This document shows, in pieces, positions 14,518 through 28,732 of a DNA stretch of 64,000 bases. The notes below the pieces were generated by a model that ran no database searches, was not told the origin of the DNA, and saw nothing but the letters and a program-made list of their open reading frames with translations. This DNA is from Octopus vulgaris. Taxonomy: Eukaryota. The stretch spans positions 95,604,001-95,668,000 of the forward strand of contig OX597822.1 in assembly GCA_951406725.2 (NCBI GenBank), in the 5' to 3' direction. Numbering within the stretch: the stretch's first letter is position 1; the number at the start of each line of letters is the position of its first letter. The position numbers and the translations under genes are program-made.

Positions 14518-15001
14518 AGTTGTTTGTTTTTGATTTCGTCGACTACACAGTATAGTAGGGTCAGTTGGGCACAGTCTGTGAGAAAAACAGCACTATGACA
14601 AAATTCACTCTGCCAGAAATTTGGAAATGACATGTACTGCTTGGCATTCCCGCGGGAAGCTCTAATACGAACATTTTATGTTTCTTTCTGTCCATCAGCT
14701 GCCGGTACGCGGAGAGTTTTCAGGAAAGAAAGAAAGATAAAATGCTTATAAAATGCTTATGTAACATTGTATTGCTTGTTTACAAAATAAATATGAGATA
14801 AAAATAGTCAACTTTTATTATATTCGTTATATATATATTGCTTCTGGTATAGATTAATATTACTAAGAAATATTACCGGACCCTGGCACATTGTAAAAAA
14901 AAACTATCGGAACGCCACATCAGATAGTTTGAGAAGCACTGATTTAGACGACAACTTATTCACTGCACCCTGTGTGTGTATGTATGTATGTATGTATGTA
15001 C

Positions 15002-15225
<224 letters not shown>

Positions 15226-15262
15226 GTCGCTTTGAGATTTTATATATATATATATATATATA

Positions 15263-15660
15263 TGGCTGTGTGGTAAGTAGCTTGTTTACCAATCACATGG
15301 TTCCGGGTTCAGTCGCACTGTGTGGCACCTTGGGCAAGTGTCTTCTACTATAGCCTCGGGCCGACCAAAGCCTTGTGAGTGGATTTGGTAGACGGAAACT
15401 GAAAGAAGCCTGTCGTATATATGTATATATATATGCGTGTGTGTGTGTTTGTGTGTCTGTGTTTGTCCCTCTAGCATTGCTTGACAACCGATGCTGGTGT
15501 GTTTACGTCCCCGTTACTTAGCGGTTCGGCAAAAGAGACCGATAGAATAAGTACTGGGCTTACAAAAGAATAAGTCCCGGGGTCGAGTTGCTCGATTAAA
15601 GGCGGTGCTCCAGCATGGCCGCAGTCAAATGACTGAAACAAGTAAAAGAGTAAAAGAGAG
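15263..15660 (+). mobile_element. SINE family A, near full length
   Basis: Highly similar to the 13747 and 60900 copies. Confidence 0.9.
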
Positions 15661-15690
15661 AGTATATATATATATATGTATATATATATT

Positions 15691-15893
15691 CAGAATGAGA
15701 TAAAAACCAAGGCTGTGAAAATTTTAGAACATTTATAAATAGAAGGTATTTTATCTAAATTAATTATTGCTTAACCATTTTCTCACACCGTCTCCAATGA
15801 AGGGATATAATAAATATCCTGGAAACAGCTGAAAGACCTTCTATTTATAAATGTTCTAAAATATTCACAGCCTTTGTTTTTTATCTCATTCTG
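15691..15893 (+). mobile_element. PLE terminal fragment: ~57-bp inverted repeat around a degenerate hammerhead
   Basis: Arms 15691-15747 and 15836-15893; gtct CCAATGA a GGGATAT..ATATCCT g GAAACAGCTGAA agac. Confidence 0.6.
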
Positions 15894-16049
15894 CAAAAAT
15901 TATATATACACACGCTGGTATATGACCTATGTTGGACTCCTTATTCGCATAATCACCGAACCTGGGGATTAACTGTGGTCTACCCATAGCACTTACTCAG
16001 CATTACCTGACACCTTTGGGTCTTACTGGCACCACTACCTCTCATAACC

Positions 16050-16170
<121 letters not shown>

Positions 16171-16479
16171 GTGTGTGTGTGTATAAATATAATATGTGAC
16201 AATTAGTTGGTTGTCATTATAACACTCAGAGGTTCGGACACCGGGGCTGAAGTCTGCTCCGGCATCTTATCAGTCATTAAGACGAAACGCTATGAAAAAA
16301 CCGTTGAATAAAGGGAAATTACTCCAATAGGCATGGTTAAAATAATACTTCATTCATAGAATCCGCATATGCACACATATACACACACACACATTCATGT
16401 ACGCGCGCACACACACACATGTATCTTTAGTTATTTTGAAAACTCGAGCCTTGTGGTGATGTCTTATGATGGTAGACAA

Positions 16480-17320
16480 CGGCTCGTTTTTCCTCGTAGG
16501 AAGCAATTCTTTCTTGTGTTTTGGGGAGGGCCGAGATCTCATCTACTGTAATTATCGCCGTTCTGCGACCCAAGTATGTAGGTAACAGGCTTATTTCCTC
16601 GTTTCTTAAGGTCTTCGTGGAGACCTTCTTCGCTACGTTAGCCTTTTCGAACTGCGCTTGCACCGACCGTTGCGCTTCTCGTTCCACGGCTAACGAAGGT
16701 TACTTGGTTCCATATTGGGGCCAAACAACTTTCAACGACGTCATTCTTGGCGTCCGTAATTCTTTTTTCTTTAAGGTTGTAAATTTTATATGCAACCGTT
16801 CGCGCATTTATCGTTTACACTGTCTCTGGAGGAGGCAGTAGTTTTGTGTCGCTACCACTTTTCCTGATTAAGTTACGAAACTTAAATAGTTGCTCCATTT
16901 TTACCTCCATTTCCATTATATTGCCGCCTACCGCAGCAAAAACTGGGTCTTTCCTTTTCCTGTGTTTTCGTTTCACCTACACTTTCACTGGTATACATTT
17001 TCTCATCGCGGGAAAATCTTTTTTTTTTATGCAATATTAAATTCTATCATATACTTTTTCTAAATTTCCAAAAATGACAAAAAATGTCAGAATAAATTCA
17101 CTACCCGGCAACGGGTAAAGAATAACAGTTCAGCAATAACTTTCTTTCCACAATAATTTCAAAACAGAATTTTCTGCCTCGTAGGGCGAAAATTACTGTT
17201 CCACGAAGGACAACAGTTCAGTTGAAAGCAAAATACACAAAACTATCATAATACCAGACAAAAACGAATTCACTTTGGTAACAGCAAATTACGACGCAAA
17301 ATATCCGAGTCTGCACGAGA
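16480..17320 (-). mobile_element. Decayed retroelement 5' region / ORF1-like remnant
   Basis: Basic protein-like stretches with stops and frameshifts (LLPTYLGRRTAIITV); class inferred, not proven. Confidence 0.35.
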
Positions 17321-17399
17321 CAATTGTTCTTCTAGAGGTGAATTCTTTATTACAATAATGAATATCATATAAAGATTGGACAATACAGGACAATACACA

Positions 17400-17870
17400 C
17401 AAATGATATGAGTTCTTGTCGAATTGTTTCATTTCGTTGTGTATGTAGATGCTAACGCGGTTACTTGTTTCTGAGGAGTCATATGCACCCGTAGTTACAT
17501 CAAAAACTTCTTTATATTGTTTTTATTGATCCATAAGATATCGCTGTATTTGACAACTGATTTTCATTTTTAGTGATATTTGTGATGGATTTAGCGTAAT
17601 TAATGAAAATCGACATTTTAGGGATGATCAAACTATTTCGTAAATTCCCATCAGCCTGTCGAAGTAGAATGACGTGAAGTTGGAAAGTAAATCAAATCGG
17701 TTTAATTGATAACTAACACGAAGTAAACACAAAACTAAACAACGCTAGCAGTCATACACATCAATTAAGATTTAGCGTTGATGGATTTACAACTGTTAAT
17801 AATGGTGAAGGAGAAAGACTATTAGTTAGAAGATTTAAGCCGTTGGATATTTTTATGAATCGAATACCGG
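17400..17870 (-). mobile_element. Highly decayed PLE RT fragment
   Basis: VFDVTTGAYDSSETS resembles the FDVTMGSYDGAE motif. Confidence 0.5.
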
Positions 17871-17989
17871 AAAAATTATGTGCAAATTCACTTGCTGATA
17901 CACACACACACACACACACACATACAGATATGTAATGATGCGAAAAACGGTCAGCTTGTAAAATCTTACGACTCGAGTTTTATGCAGAT

Positions 17990-19600
17990 TTTAGAAACTC
18001 CTTTGAATGGTAACTGAATAAAGATGTCATTGCAAAAAGTATATGAAAGCCCTCTATTCTATAAATATTACGTGGGATATTGTTCTTCTTGTATACTTTA
18101 GATCTAAAAAGTCCTATTTAAGTTGATATGGTATTGAATTATGCTTTAATGACCAAATGTATGAAGCCAAACAATTCGTCTGTCTTTGTGTTAGCTTATA
18201 AAGGAATGCACATGTAAATATAATCTCGACTTAAATGGCTTTGAGGTCAATCTGAAGTAAGCTTTTGTTTTGTCTTAAACCCGACATTGGTATACAATAT
18301 CCTTAATCATGCATTTAAAATCTATAGGGCAACTATTGGGAAGAGGGAGTTGCACATGTTGGTGTTTTGTTGGTTAATGGCTTTGTTATGTTTTAAATTT
18401 GTAAGTGTTATGATATTTTAAGTTGTAATCAAAGATTTGAAGTTGTAGAGTTGAAAAGTTTAGCAACATTTCTATTAACTATCAGATGATTTTGTGATTT
18501 AAAGGTAAATGTTTCTCAAAGACCTGAAACAAATTCTGAACCAGTAGTATAGACACTGTATTGTTAGACTGAGATAAAATGGTGAGCTGGAGCATAGTTA
18601 GCATGCCGGGCAAAATTCTTAGAGGCATTTCGTCCGTCTTTTCGTCCTGAGTTTAAATTCCGCCCAGTTAAACTTTGCCGTTCATCCTTTCGTTGTCGAT
18701 AAAATAAGTACTAGTCAAGTACTGAGCTCGTTGTGGTCAACTGCCCCCACCATTTCTCTCAAAAATTCCTGGCATAGTGCCAAAATTTGAAACCAATATT
18801 AGAGGGAGATGAGTATCGGTTTGGGTTTCTTTTCCAATTCTTGTTTATAATGTGATTAAGGATAGGTGTTGTTATGTAATAAATTTTATCTTCAAAACCA
18901 CTTCTGGTCAAGTTTTCACTGTAATAAGATGCATTGAGAAACATTTTTTCCGTTAGCTGATGAGGCGAAAATCCTCAGTGACATGTTCGAGACAAGCTTG
19001 TTAGTAATACACCAGAGGAAGTTGACAAAACAACGGATATAATTATGCATTACGGTTCGATTTATGGTTTGGGAAATAAAAATATTTGGAAGGGTGTCGT
19101 GTAACATTAAGATAATTGACTTTCGTGAAATAAACTACGATGTTTTTTCAGAAATCTAGGATCTCAAAAATAGTTTGAAATATTTTAAAAATTCCACGAT
19201 CGGTGCAGGATTAAGAATTCATTATCCCGAAAAAGGATTATGATGACTATGGGGAAAATGCTTTGCTTTCTCTGGAGTAAGTAGAGTCTGTCAGGTCACT
19301 TGTTTTTGCAGAGTTCTCAGCACCTATGTTCACATCAAAAGGTTCTTTGAATTTCTTATTGATCAATAAATTCAAGCTGTATTTGACAACTACTTTTAGA
19401 TCGTGCCTAATGATTTCTGTTGATGCTTGGGATGTATTAAGCGTAAAAGATTGTTTTAGGTGAAGTTATTGATGCATAATTGTCGCTAGTGTCGAATCAA
19501 AAATATTTATATCTGATTTTATCGGAATGGTTTTAATCTGACTAATCACTTCTGCTGTATAATTCTGCTGTACAATTGACATAACTTTATCAAAGATATA
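17990..19600 (-). mobile_element. Highly decayed PLE (RT plus GIY-YIG), interrupted by a SINE B-like copy at ~18578-18800
   Basis: PFDVNIGAENSAK; SGFEDKIYY; CPIDFKCMIKDIVYQC...TSKPFKSRL...ASYIWSLK. Confidence 0.65.
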
Positions 19601-19624
19601 CTTAAAATCTGTCTTATATTGACT

Positions 19625-20100
19625 TTCATGAAATAAGCTCAACAGAAGTGCTCAACAGACTAAAAACTGAAGCTGTAAAGGTTAGCCTGTACTGTAACTC
19701 AGATAATACTGAATACCAGACATTCAATCAAGATTCCGAGCAACCAAATCACCTCTTTGTAAGAAACGGAAAAAAAATTAAGGAGGTTATTGACTTCAAA
19801 TATCTTGGTGCTTGGCTGGAAAGTAGTGAAAAGGACTTTGCTGCGCGGAAGGCACTCACTGAATAAAAACTTGAAGTTCAAGGATGGCACGTAAATTGAA
19901 ATTTAGGTTGTTTATCTTCACGGTGGAGTCAGTTCTGTTGTACGATGCTAAAATTTGGACACTCACCAAAATGCATGAAAAACAAATAGAATGTTAAGAA
20001 TGGTTCTGAATGTTACATGGAAAGCTCATTTAATCAACGACCAGCTTTATTAAGATCTATCCAAAGTGATTAGAGAAGATTCAGCAGATTAGAACGCAAA
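19625..20100 (+). mobile_element. RTE/RTEX-like LINE RT C-terminal remnant
   Basis: EVIDFKYLGAWLESSEKDFAARKA...LFIFTVESVLLY...WTLTK...MLRMVLNVTW. Confidence 0.8.
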
Positions 20101-20587
20101 CGACAGGGGCCTTGTCAAAGATCTTTTATCTTAATTGTATAGAATGCTCAACCGGAGCTTTGAGAGTTGTAGGTTCTGATTCCCTGTGGAGGCTTGCTGG
20201 TCATTTTACCGTCTTCTAGAGGGCACTAACCCGATTTTCTAAGCTGTTTTCACAGCCTTCACGCATTCGGGAATTCCAATATTTTCTGTAGAATATACAC
20301 TTACACATACGAGCATACACACACAAACACGCACATACACACATTTAAATATATTTAATTGGCCAGAGGTTAGAAATGTAACCTCATGGATCGAGAGTTT
20401 CGTTCACGGCACTTACTAGTGTGTGCGTATATGTGATGTGACCGCGCGTGCATGTGTGTATTCTTTTTGACTGCTTCAAGCAGAGACTATTTCAAATTTG
20501 AAAAGTAGATATTTTTATGAGACATGTTCTTTTTATATAAAGAAACGCGTTTCTGCCAATTAAAAGATATATATATATATATATATA

Positions 20588-20707
20588 CTTTATTTAAAGC
20601 AGCAGAAAATTCAACAAAACCTGTTACTCTGAGTTTCCCATTGCCGAACGGCAACGGGAAACTCAGAGTAACCGGTTTTGTTGAATTGTCTGCTGCTTTA
20701 AATAAAG
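20588..20707. repeat. Near-perfect palindrome derived from a PLE-type terminal repeat
   Basis: 59-bp arms, 56/59 match, 2-nt loop; non-inverted relative at 57720-57870. Confidence 0.9.
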
Positions 20708-20776
20708 CATATTACTCTACCACTGGTATTTGAGTACTCTTTTTTCCACCTTGTTTTACATTTATGTGTTTACTCC

Positions 20777-20824
<48 letters not shown>

Positions 20825-21031
20825 GGGAGAGTTTACGAAATAAAAAACAAAAAACGAAGACAGGTGGTGTACAAAACAAACATATGTATTAGTATAACGC
20901 TCAAGAATAGAAAAGGTATTTTACGTTTCGAGCCTACGATCTTCTACAGAAAGGGACACAGAAAAAATCAAGGAGAGAAAAAATGTGTGTAGTCGCTAAC
21001 GATCTATCATCGCGACTATATATATATGTGT

Positions 21032-21062
<31 letters not shown>

Positions 21063-21780
21063 AGTGTGTGTGTGTGTGAGTGTGCGTACGTGTGTGTGCG
21101 TGCGTGTGTGAGTGTGCCTGTGTGTGTGTACATGTATAAAAGAGTACATTAAAATGGCACGACAATGCAGTTTGAAATATAGTAAAATTGAAATAAAATT
21201 AAGCAAAAAGCATACTTTTACATTAAACATTTAATAATCCGACATTCGACATTTTGAATAAAGAGTTTTTCATTTTTAAAGTGAGAACATTGGCTACATT
21301 ACCTTTTCAAGTCTTTATGTGATGTAACAGCGCGTGCTGTTGACGAATGGTGTAAATAATGATAGAGGTTGCGTTACACGGGCCCAAAAGGAAGAAATGA
21401 CTACACTACACAATGAACTTCATTCACGACTTGTTGATGGACTCTTTATATTGTCTGATGATCACAGCTTTTTTTTATTCTCCATTTTGACCCATGACAC
21501 TGATTTCTTAGCTCTGTCATTGATATCTTCTTTGATTCGTATGTACCAGTAACGAATTGCGCTGCAATACCACATTCCACACATGCTGTGGACCCGACTT
21601 AGAAGGTGACGTCAGCTTAAAATCCAATTATATCTGTTTTGCCAATGGATGTGTTAGTATCGGTGCCCTGAACGTCTTTTTGATACTCATTTCCTAAAGA
21701 AAGGCTCTGGAATGTAGCAGCTGTATAGCTAGCCTCATGCATCGAGTAATGTTGTGGATTTCAGCGACTATTTTTGCCGT

Positions 21781-22082
21781 TTGTTTGTTCCTTCTCGAGC
21801 CCTGCCTAGCTCATAAGGACCGGTTTCCCGGTTTCTTTGGCGTATAGGTTCACCACCTGGACGGGACGCCGGTCCGTCGCAGGTGAGCTGCAAGATGCAG
21901 AGGAAAGTGTTAGAGAAAGTTGTGGCGAAAGAGTCAGCAGAAGTTCGCCATTACCTTCTGCCGGAGCCGTGTGGAGTTTAGGTGTTTCGCTCATAAACAC
22001 ACACATCGCCCGGTCTGAGATTCGAACCCGCGATCCCTCGACCGCGAGTCCGCTGCTCTAACCACTAGGCCATGTGCTTCCA
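21781..22082 (-). mobile_element. SINE family C (D-like head with V-domain-like tail)
   Basis: TGGCCTAGTGG and GGTTCGAATC boxes; tail cctgcgacggaccggcgtcccgtccagg...gaaaccgg; (AAAC)n end. Confidence 0.8.
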
Positions 22083-22469
22083 CTTGCTGTTGGAGTTTTG
22101 CAATACCAGGAAAGAGGTATTGAAAGAGTTCTTCTTGAGCATGGGTTCTATTCGGTGACTAGCAACAAATGTTGGTTAGAGTTAACTTGAAGCAGCCGTT
22201 ATTACTTTGTATTGGTAGTTTTGTTTCATTTTCTTGTTGTACATATCATTAATACTTGTGACCTTGATCCATATGTAGTTGCTCTTGGCACTGGTAGGGA
22301 GCCTGATCGATATTAAAATGATGTCCATCCAAAGTTATACTGTATTTTGTGAATTACTAGTAATATTTGAAAGAGTGGTTTGGATTTTTGAGCCAAGCTT
22401 AAGGCAGCAAGCTCGTTTGAGCATCAGTATGTATAACAGAGCTGTACTGAAATATGCAGCCTAACTAAA

Positions 22470-22624
22470 CTGTGTGATAAGAAACTTTGCTTCCCAATCA
22501 CATGGTTCCGTGTTCAGTTCCCCTATGTGGCATCATGGACAAGTGTCTTCTACTATAGCCACGGGCTGATCAAAGCCTTTCGAGTGGATTTTGTAGGTGG
22601 AAACTGAAAGAAACCTGTCATAAC

Positions 22625-22675
<51 letters not shown>

Positions 22676-22890
22676 CGTGTGTGTGTATACATGCATACAC
22701 GTGTATGTATGTCTATGTGTGTGCCTGTGTCTTTGTGTCAGTGTCTGTCTCCATCACCGCTTGACAACTGGTGTTGGTGTGTTTACGTCCTCGTAACTTA
22801 GCGATAGAATGAGTACCAGGCTTAAAGAAAAAAACAAAAAAAGGTACTAGGGTCGATTCATTCAGTAAAAAATTCCTGAAGGCTTTTTTC
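22470..22890 (+). mobile_element. SINE family A, diverged
   Basis: Alignable by eye to other A copies. Confidence 0.75.
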
Positions 22891-24523
22891 CATGCGAAAT
22901 ATCTAAGAGAGACAACTCTGGACAAATTTTATAAACCTTTATGCAAAATACAGCCAGATCGAGGAAAATAGCGAAATATTAGCGCCAAACAGTGTTTAGG
23001 CATACACAAAATTTAGGTTAGTTGAAATAGGCTTGTTATATATTTCAACTGCTAAAAGGGAAATTCATTACAGTTACCGTAGAGAAAATATTTCTCATAT
23101 GATAAAAAGGTGTGAAAATACACTATTTGTTTAGTGTCACCATTCATTAGGAATCCCAGACATCGATGATTCAAGCTACTTGGCTTTTATCAATGGGATG
23201 TACCTAAGAGAGGCAACTCTTTTTACCGTACGCAATTTTATTTCACACACAATTTTATTTCAAGCACTATATAGAATGTTGATTGAGATAGCTCATCATA
23301 TTTGAACCAACATTTTACCTTCTATGCTCTTGGGTATTAGATTTTCTTAATGCATAATCTGGTTTAACACCACCTCATAGAGCTCCGGTAAGTTCTCCTC
23401 AAAGCTGAGATCTTGGGCCAAATCTCTGACCTTAAGAGAGCTAACTTCCTTTTACTGCCGCTAAACTTTGAGGCCCCTGCGTAAGGAGGAGGAGAATGAT
23501 AGGAAGGGGAGTAAGACAGAGAAAATGAAGATAAAGAAGTATTGATAATGATGATGATGATGAGGAGGAGGAGGAAAAGTAGTCGAAGAAGAATGAGAGG
23601 AAATTTTTCAAATTGAACAAACGCATTTCTTTCTCATGGTAAGAACATTAGAACAGATACTGGAGAATGAAAGACATTGGTATCTACATTTTCAAGGTCA
23701 TCTCTTGGTCTCTCTTGGTGCGAGGCCGATTTGAACAAATCTGATTAGTTGACTTAAAACCGGCCCTGAATAAGATTAAATGCATCTTATGGATATTCAC
23801 TTTACTAACCGGGTAAATTCTGTAATATATCATTATTCTCAACTCGGTGGCTTTTTCCGCGAATCTCATTGGTTGTTATTGCTGCATGCTTACTTCTGCA
23901 TCTCTCAACAAATAACTATCTCTATAGTGATACATTGTTTCCTTTACAAGTTTCCAAAACACGAATTAAGGAATATCATTTCAGCGAATGGTAGTTTTCA
24001 CTCGATTGCGACATTTCCCTTCGCTTCTATTTTTATCTAAACATGACCATGTAGTTATGTGCAACCAAGAATAACATCACGAAACTAAATAGATGTAAAA
24101 GTGTGTTATGTTTGGATTTGTGATTATGCCTTTATAGGCAATACATATATTGCTTGCATGTTTTTGTGTGTGTATGTATGTATGTGTGTATGTATGCATA
24201 CATACACTGTAGATTACTGCCCTCTACAGCTATGAGTATATAAAATTATACGAGCATATTTCCCACCTGTAGAACATGAACGAATCTAAACAACACTCAA
24301 GGATAGAAATTCATGTTGAAAATTAATGTATATACACGTTCACCTATACCGCTTTGATTGTAAAGATCATTAATAGACTATAAATGAATATATATATATA
24401 TATATATCACCGTGATCACCGTGACCGACCAGGCTATCAGATGTTGTTACTCATCGCTGGTCACAAAGCGCTTCGCGTTGTTTTAGCCTTCAAATGACGC
24501 CACCCCGCGTCATTATATGTATG

Positions 24524-24580
<57 letters not shown>

Positions 24581-24604
24581 ACATATAAATATATATATAT
24601 ATAC

Positions 24605-24648
<44 letters not shown>

Positions 24649-25322
24649 GTACTGGGAGAATTAGAACGGAACGAAGCGAACGAATCGAATCGAACCGACG
24701 CGAGGGCGCTGTCAAACAATAGTGTAATAAATAAAATATATGCATACATACAAACATATATGTACGTACCTACATCTACATGTATATATACATGCATATA
24801 TAAATATATATACGTGAGTACAGGACAACACAACTAGACGTAGAACTCAACGAGAAACGAAAACGGAAAAAACATTTTTTTACAACAGAAAAACAGAGTA
24901 CAGGACATACTACACATATTTCTCGTATTGTATTTTCTTGTACATAAAAATAAACAAGAAAACAAACTTGTTTTTCTTGTTTGTTTTCTTGTTTATTTTT
25001 ATTTCTCGTATTGTATTTTCTTGTACATGTATTTTTATCTTGTATTTTATTTTGTAGTTTTATTTGTATCGTTTTTACGTCCTGTTTGTGTTACATTTTT
25101 TCTTGCTTGTTTTTACCCCTCTGCGAGGTCATTTTATTTTAATTCTCTCGCAGGAAGGACTAGTTTGGCGAGTCGTGTTCTGTCTTGCCTTCGAAACACG
25201 CTAGAGTCGAAATATTGACAGCTGATGAAGGGGATTTTTCCTTGTGTAGTATGTCCTGTACTCTGTTTTTCTGTTGTAAAAGAAGAACTTAACCTCAAAG
25301 CAAAACATACATACCTACATAT

Positions 25323-25551
25323 ATATTTCTTTACTGCCCAGAAGGGGCTAAACACAGAGGGGACAGACAATGACAGGCAAAGGGATTAAGTCGATTACAT
25401 CGACCCCAGTGCGTAACTGGTACTTATTTAATCAACCCCGAAAGGATGAAAGGCAAAGTCGACCTCGGCGGAATTTGAACTCAGAACGTAGCGGCAGACA
25501 AAATACGGCTACGCATTTTGCCCGGCGTGCTAACGTTTCTGCCAGCTCACC
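25323..25551 (-). mobile_element. SINE family B monomer
   Basis: Flanked by ~18-bp TSD tacatacctacatatata. Confidence 0.9.
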
Positions 25552-25683
25552 TACATACCTACATATATACCAAACATACACCAGAACCTGAGAACCCACA
25601 CTTTTAAAAATAAAGAACACTAAGGGAAGATTCCAATTTAAGCAATAATCCAATGTAAGCACAACTGGCCAGATATGAACATG

Positions 25684-26065
25684 TGGAAGCACTCCGTCGG
25701 TTACGACGATGAGGGTTCCGGTTGATTCGAATCAACGGAATAGCCTGCTCGTGAAATTAACGTGTAAGTGGCTGAGCACTCCACAGACACGTGCACCCTT
25801 AACGGAGTTCTCGGTGATATTCAGCGTGACACAGAGAGTGACAAGGCCGGCCCTTTGAAATACAAGTACAACAGAAACAGGAAGTAAGAGTGAGAGAAAG
25901 TTGTGGTGAAAGAGTACAGCAGGGATCACCACCACCCCTGCCGGAGGCTCGTGGAGCTTTAGGTGTTTTCGCTCAATAAACACTCACAACGCCCGGTCTG
26001 GGAGTCGAAACTGCGATCCTATGACCGTGAGTCCGCTGCCCTAACCACTGGGCCATTGCGCCTCC
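25684..26065 (-). mobile_element. SINE family D
   Basis: Full-length reverse copy. Confidence 0.9.
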
Positions 26066-26625
26066 ACATATGAATATAGAGGATTGAGAACAAAAGTCAT
26101 GCATCATTGTAGAGATCGGCTGTCTAGCGGATGTGGTCTTAAAAAACTGACTGACGTGCTTAAATGTATATATTGGCTTGCATGAATATACTAACGTGTG
26201 TATATACTTCAGTGTATAATTTGCGAAAAGGTAGACATCTACGGACAACTAAGTTAAATATAAAACCTACAGCTCCTATATCCGGTTTAAAGATTTTCGT
26301 TTGTTTCTATTATTATAAGTGCAGTGAGTTACGTAACACCAGGTCTACATAGATACCTAGAAGAAATTGCATTGTCCAAGATACGAAAAAACCCAGATTA
26401 ACTCTCATTGCTCAGAAACAATCCATCAGAGGAAAAGTGAAAATTTGTGAAACATTTCAGGGGTTCTCCATTTTAGATTCGTGCGTGAATATATGAATAC
26501 TACCATTTTTTCCCTCTGTCTTCCCTTCTCTGGATCTTTCCTTCTTTCCTGAGCGTCCAATAATACTATATTTGTTCCACGTCCTTGCGTTGTTGTGCTT
26601 TTTGTGCTTTCTTGTTTGGATTAAC

Positions 26626-26668
<43 letters not shown>

Positions 26669-27307
26669 TTTCATTCTTTCCTTATTTCTAACAGGCCCAT
26701 CACACTTCGTTTATCTCATTCTTCGTGCTTTCGTTCCCCCTCTCTCACATTTCCTGGCCTTCTCTTCGTGCTCACCTTCACTCCTCTTTCACTTCACACT
26801 GTCTGTGTCACTTACAATTTTTCTCGCCCCTCCTTCATTCTTCTATCCCCCTGCCTTTACCTCTCTCACTTCTCTCTCCACGTGACCGGTGTTCGCCAAG
26901 CCTGACCTTTCACATGCGATTATGGAAAAAGCAGAAGCTAAAAACATAACTACATTTAAGTACATCATTTATATCTAAAATAAAAATTCCTTGGTCAGTC
27001 TCAGAACAAAGTGTTGACCTTTCGCCGCTACATATTGTAATGGTTACCGGTCCCCTTTATAGGAAATTGATTCAATATAGAGATAACGAAATTTTAATTT
27101 TCTAAGGGTTAGTTGCCCGCTTTCAGTTCAATTTTCCTGTAACAAGTGGATTATAAGTGGAAAAATCAGTGTATTGGCTTTAGAATAACCTTCTTTAGCC
27201 CTTAATTATAAGATGCTTATACTTCAACCGTAAAGGTTTTTTTAATATACTGCCACGCTTTTTGATGGAATCCTTTTCTGTAGAGAAAGGGACTTCATCC
27301 TATATTG

Positions 27308-27357
<50 letters not shown>

Positions 27358-28350
27358 TATATATATAGGGAGAATTCACGAAAAAAAAGACAAAATACGA
27401 AAACAGGTGGTGTAGAAAACAAACAGATGTATTAGTATAACGCTCGGAAATTGAAAAAGTCTTTTACGTTTCGAGCGTATGCTCTTCCACAGAAAGGAAC
27501 ACAGAAAGAAAAAAGGAGAAAAAAATGTGCTTAGTGGCAACCGATTTATCATATATATATGTGTGCGCGTCTGTTTATCAATATGTATTTATAGGTGTAG
27601 GCGTGGCTGTGTGGTAAGAAGTTTGTTTCCCAACCACATTGTTCCGGGTTCACTTTTATTGCATGGCAACTTGGCCAAGTGTCTTGTAGTGTAACCATGA
27701 GCAAACCGTAATTTTTTAGCTGGATTTCACAGACGGGAAGTGGAAGGAGCTCGTAGTATATCTGTGTCGTGCGCGCGCGTGTATGCGTGTGTGTGTGGGT
27801 GTGTAGACATATACATAAAACATATGTATTTTAGATATGATTGGTTAACAGGTGATACACACAAACATGCGCATACACGCATATGTACATTTAAGTAGAT
27901 CTCTCATATATGTGTGTGCATGTGCTCGGCGCATGAATGTGTGTATATGTACGTATATATATATATATATACAGTCAATCTTCAGGTTAATTGAAATATC
28001 TAAAATATAATCAGAAATATTTAAACAATATTTTTAAGATAATATAATATAATAATTTTACTTATAATAAACTCTATTATCAAACTAGAAACATAAAACT
28101 TAACAATTATGATTATATCAAAATCGACTATAATGTTAAAAATTAATTTTAATTTATAAGGTAGGAAACCCATCAATCATCTAATATCGGTATTAGTCTA
28201 TATCTAAAACTTAAACGAACTTTCGGAAATCTTATGTAAAATACTTATAGAAATAATCAATTCGTAGTAATATAGTATCGAATAAATACTATCAAATAAT
28301 ATATAAATATAAATATAAATTATATATATATATATACACATATATATATA

Positions 28351-28731
28351 CGAGCAAAACGCACCCCCCATTACAATGGACGGTGCTGAGTTGTCAAACA
28401 TTTAAACCAAATTGTCTCAAAACAACTTGTCCGACCGTCCCATAGGCCTCCCCTTTGAGAAACACAGATTTAATCTAAATTTGAGACACCAGCAAAAGAA
28501 GAAATAAAGATAGTCTTTCTTCTATTCCAAGAAAAACGATTTTACAAATGCACGTTCCCACGGCTTTATAGATCGCATCCTCACCTGGAATCGATTTTTG
28601 TAATTTTTTCAAGACTTATACATACCCTGATACCGTCGGTATCTACGTATCAAATTTGGGCGCAATTGGATGGAGGATGCCCGAGATACTAGAAGACACA
28701 CACACAGACAGACAGAACGGATTTATATATA
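28351..28731 (-). mobile_element. Non-autonomous Helitron-like element
   Basis: 5' tatataaa..(tctg)n(tg)n; 3' hairpin GCACC..CCATT/AATGG..GGTGC then CTCG|T (variant of CTAG). Confidence 0.6.
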
Positions 28732-28732
28732 A

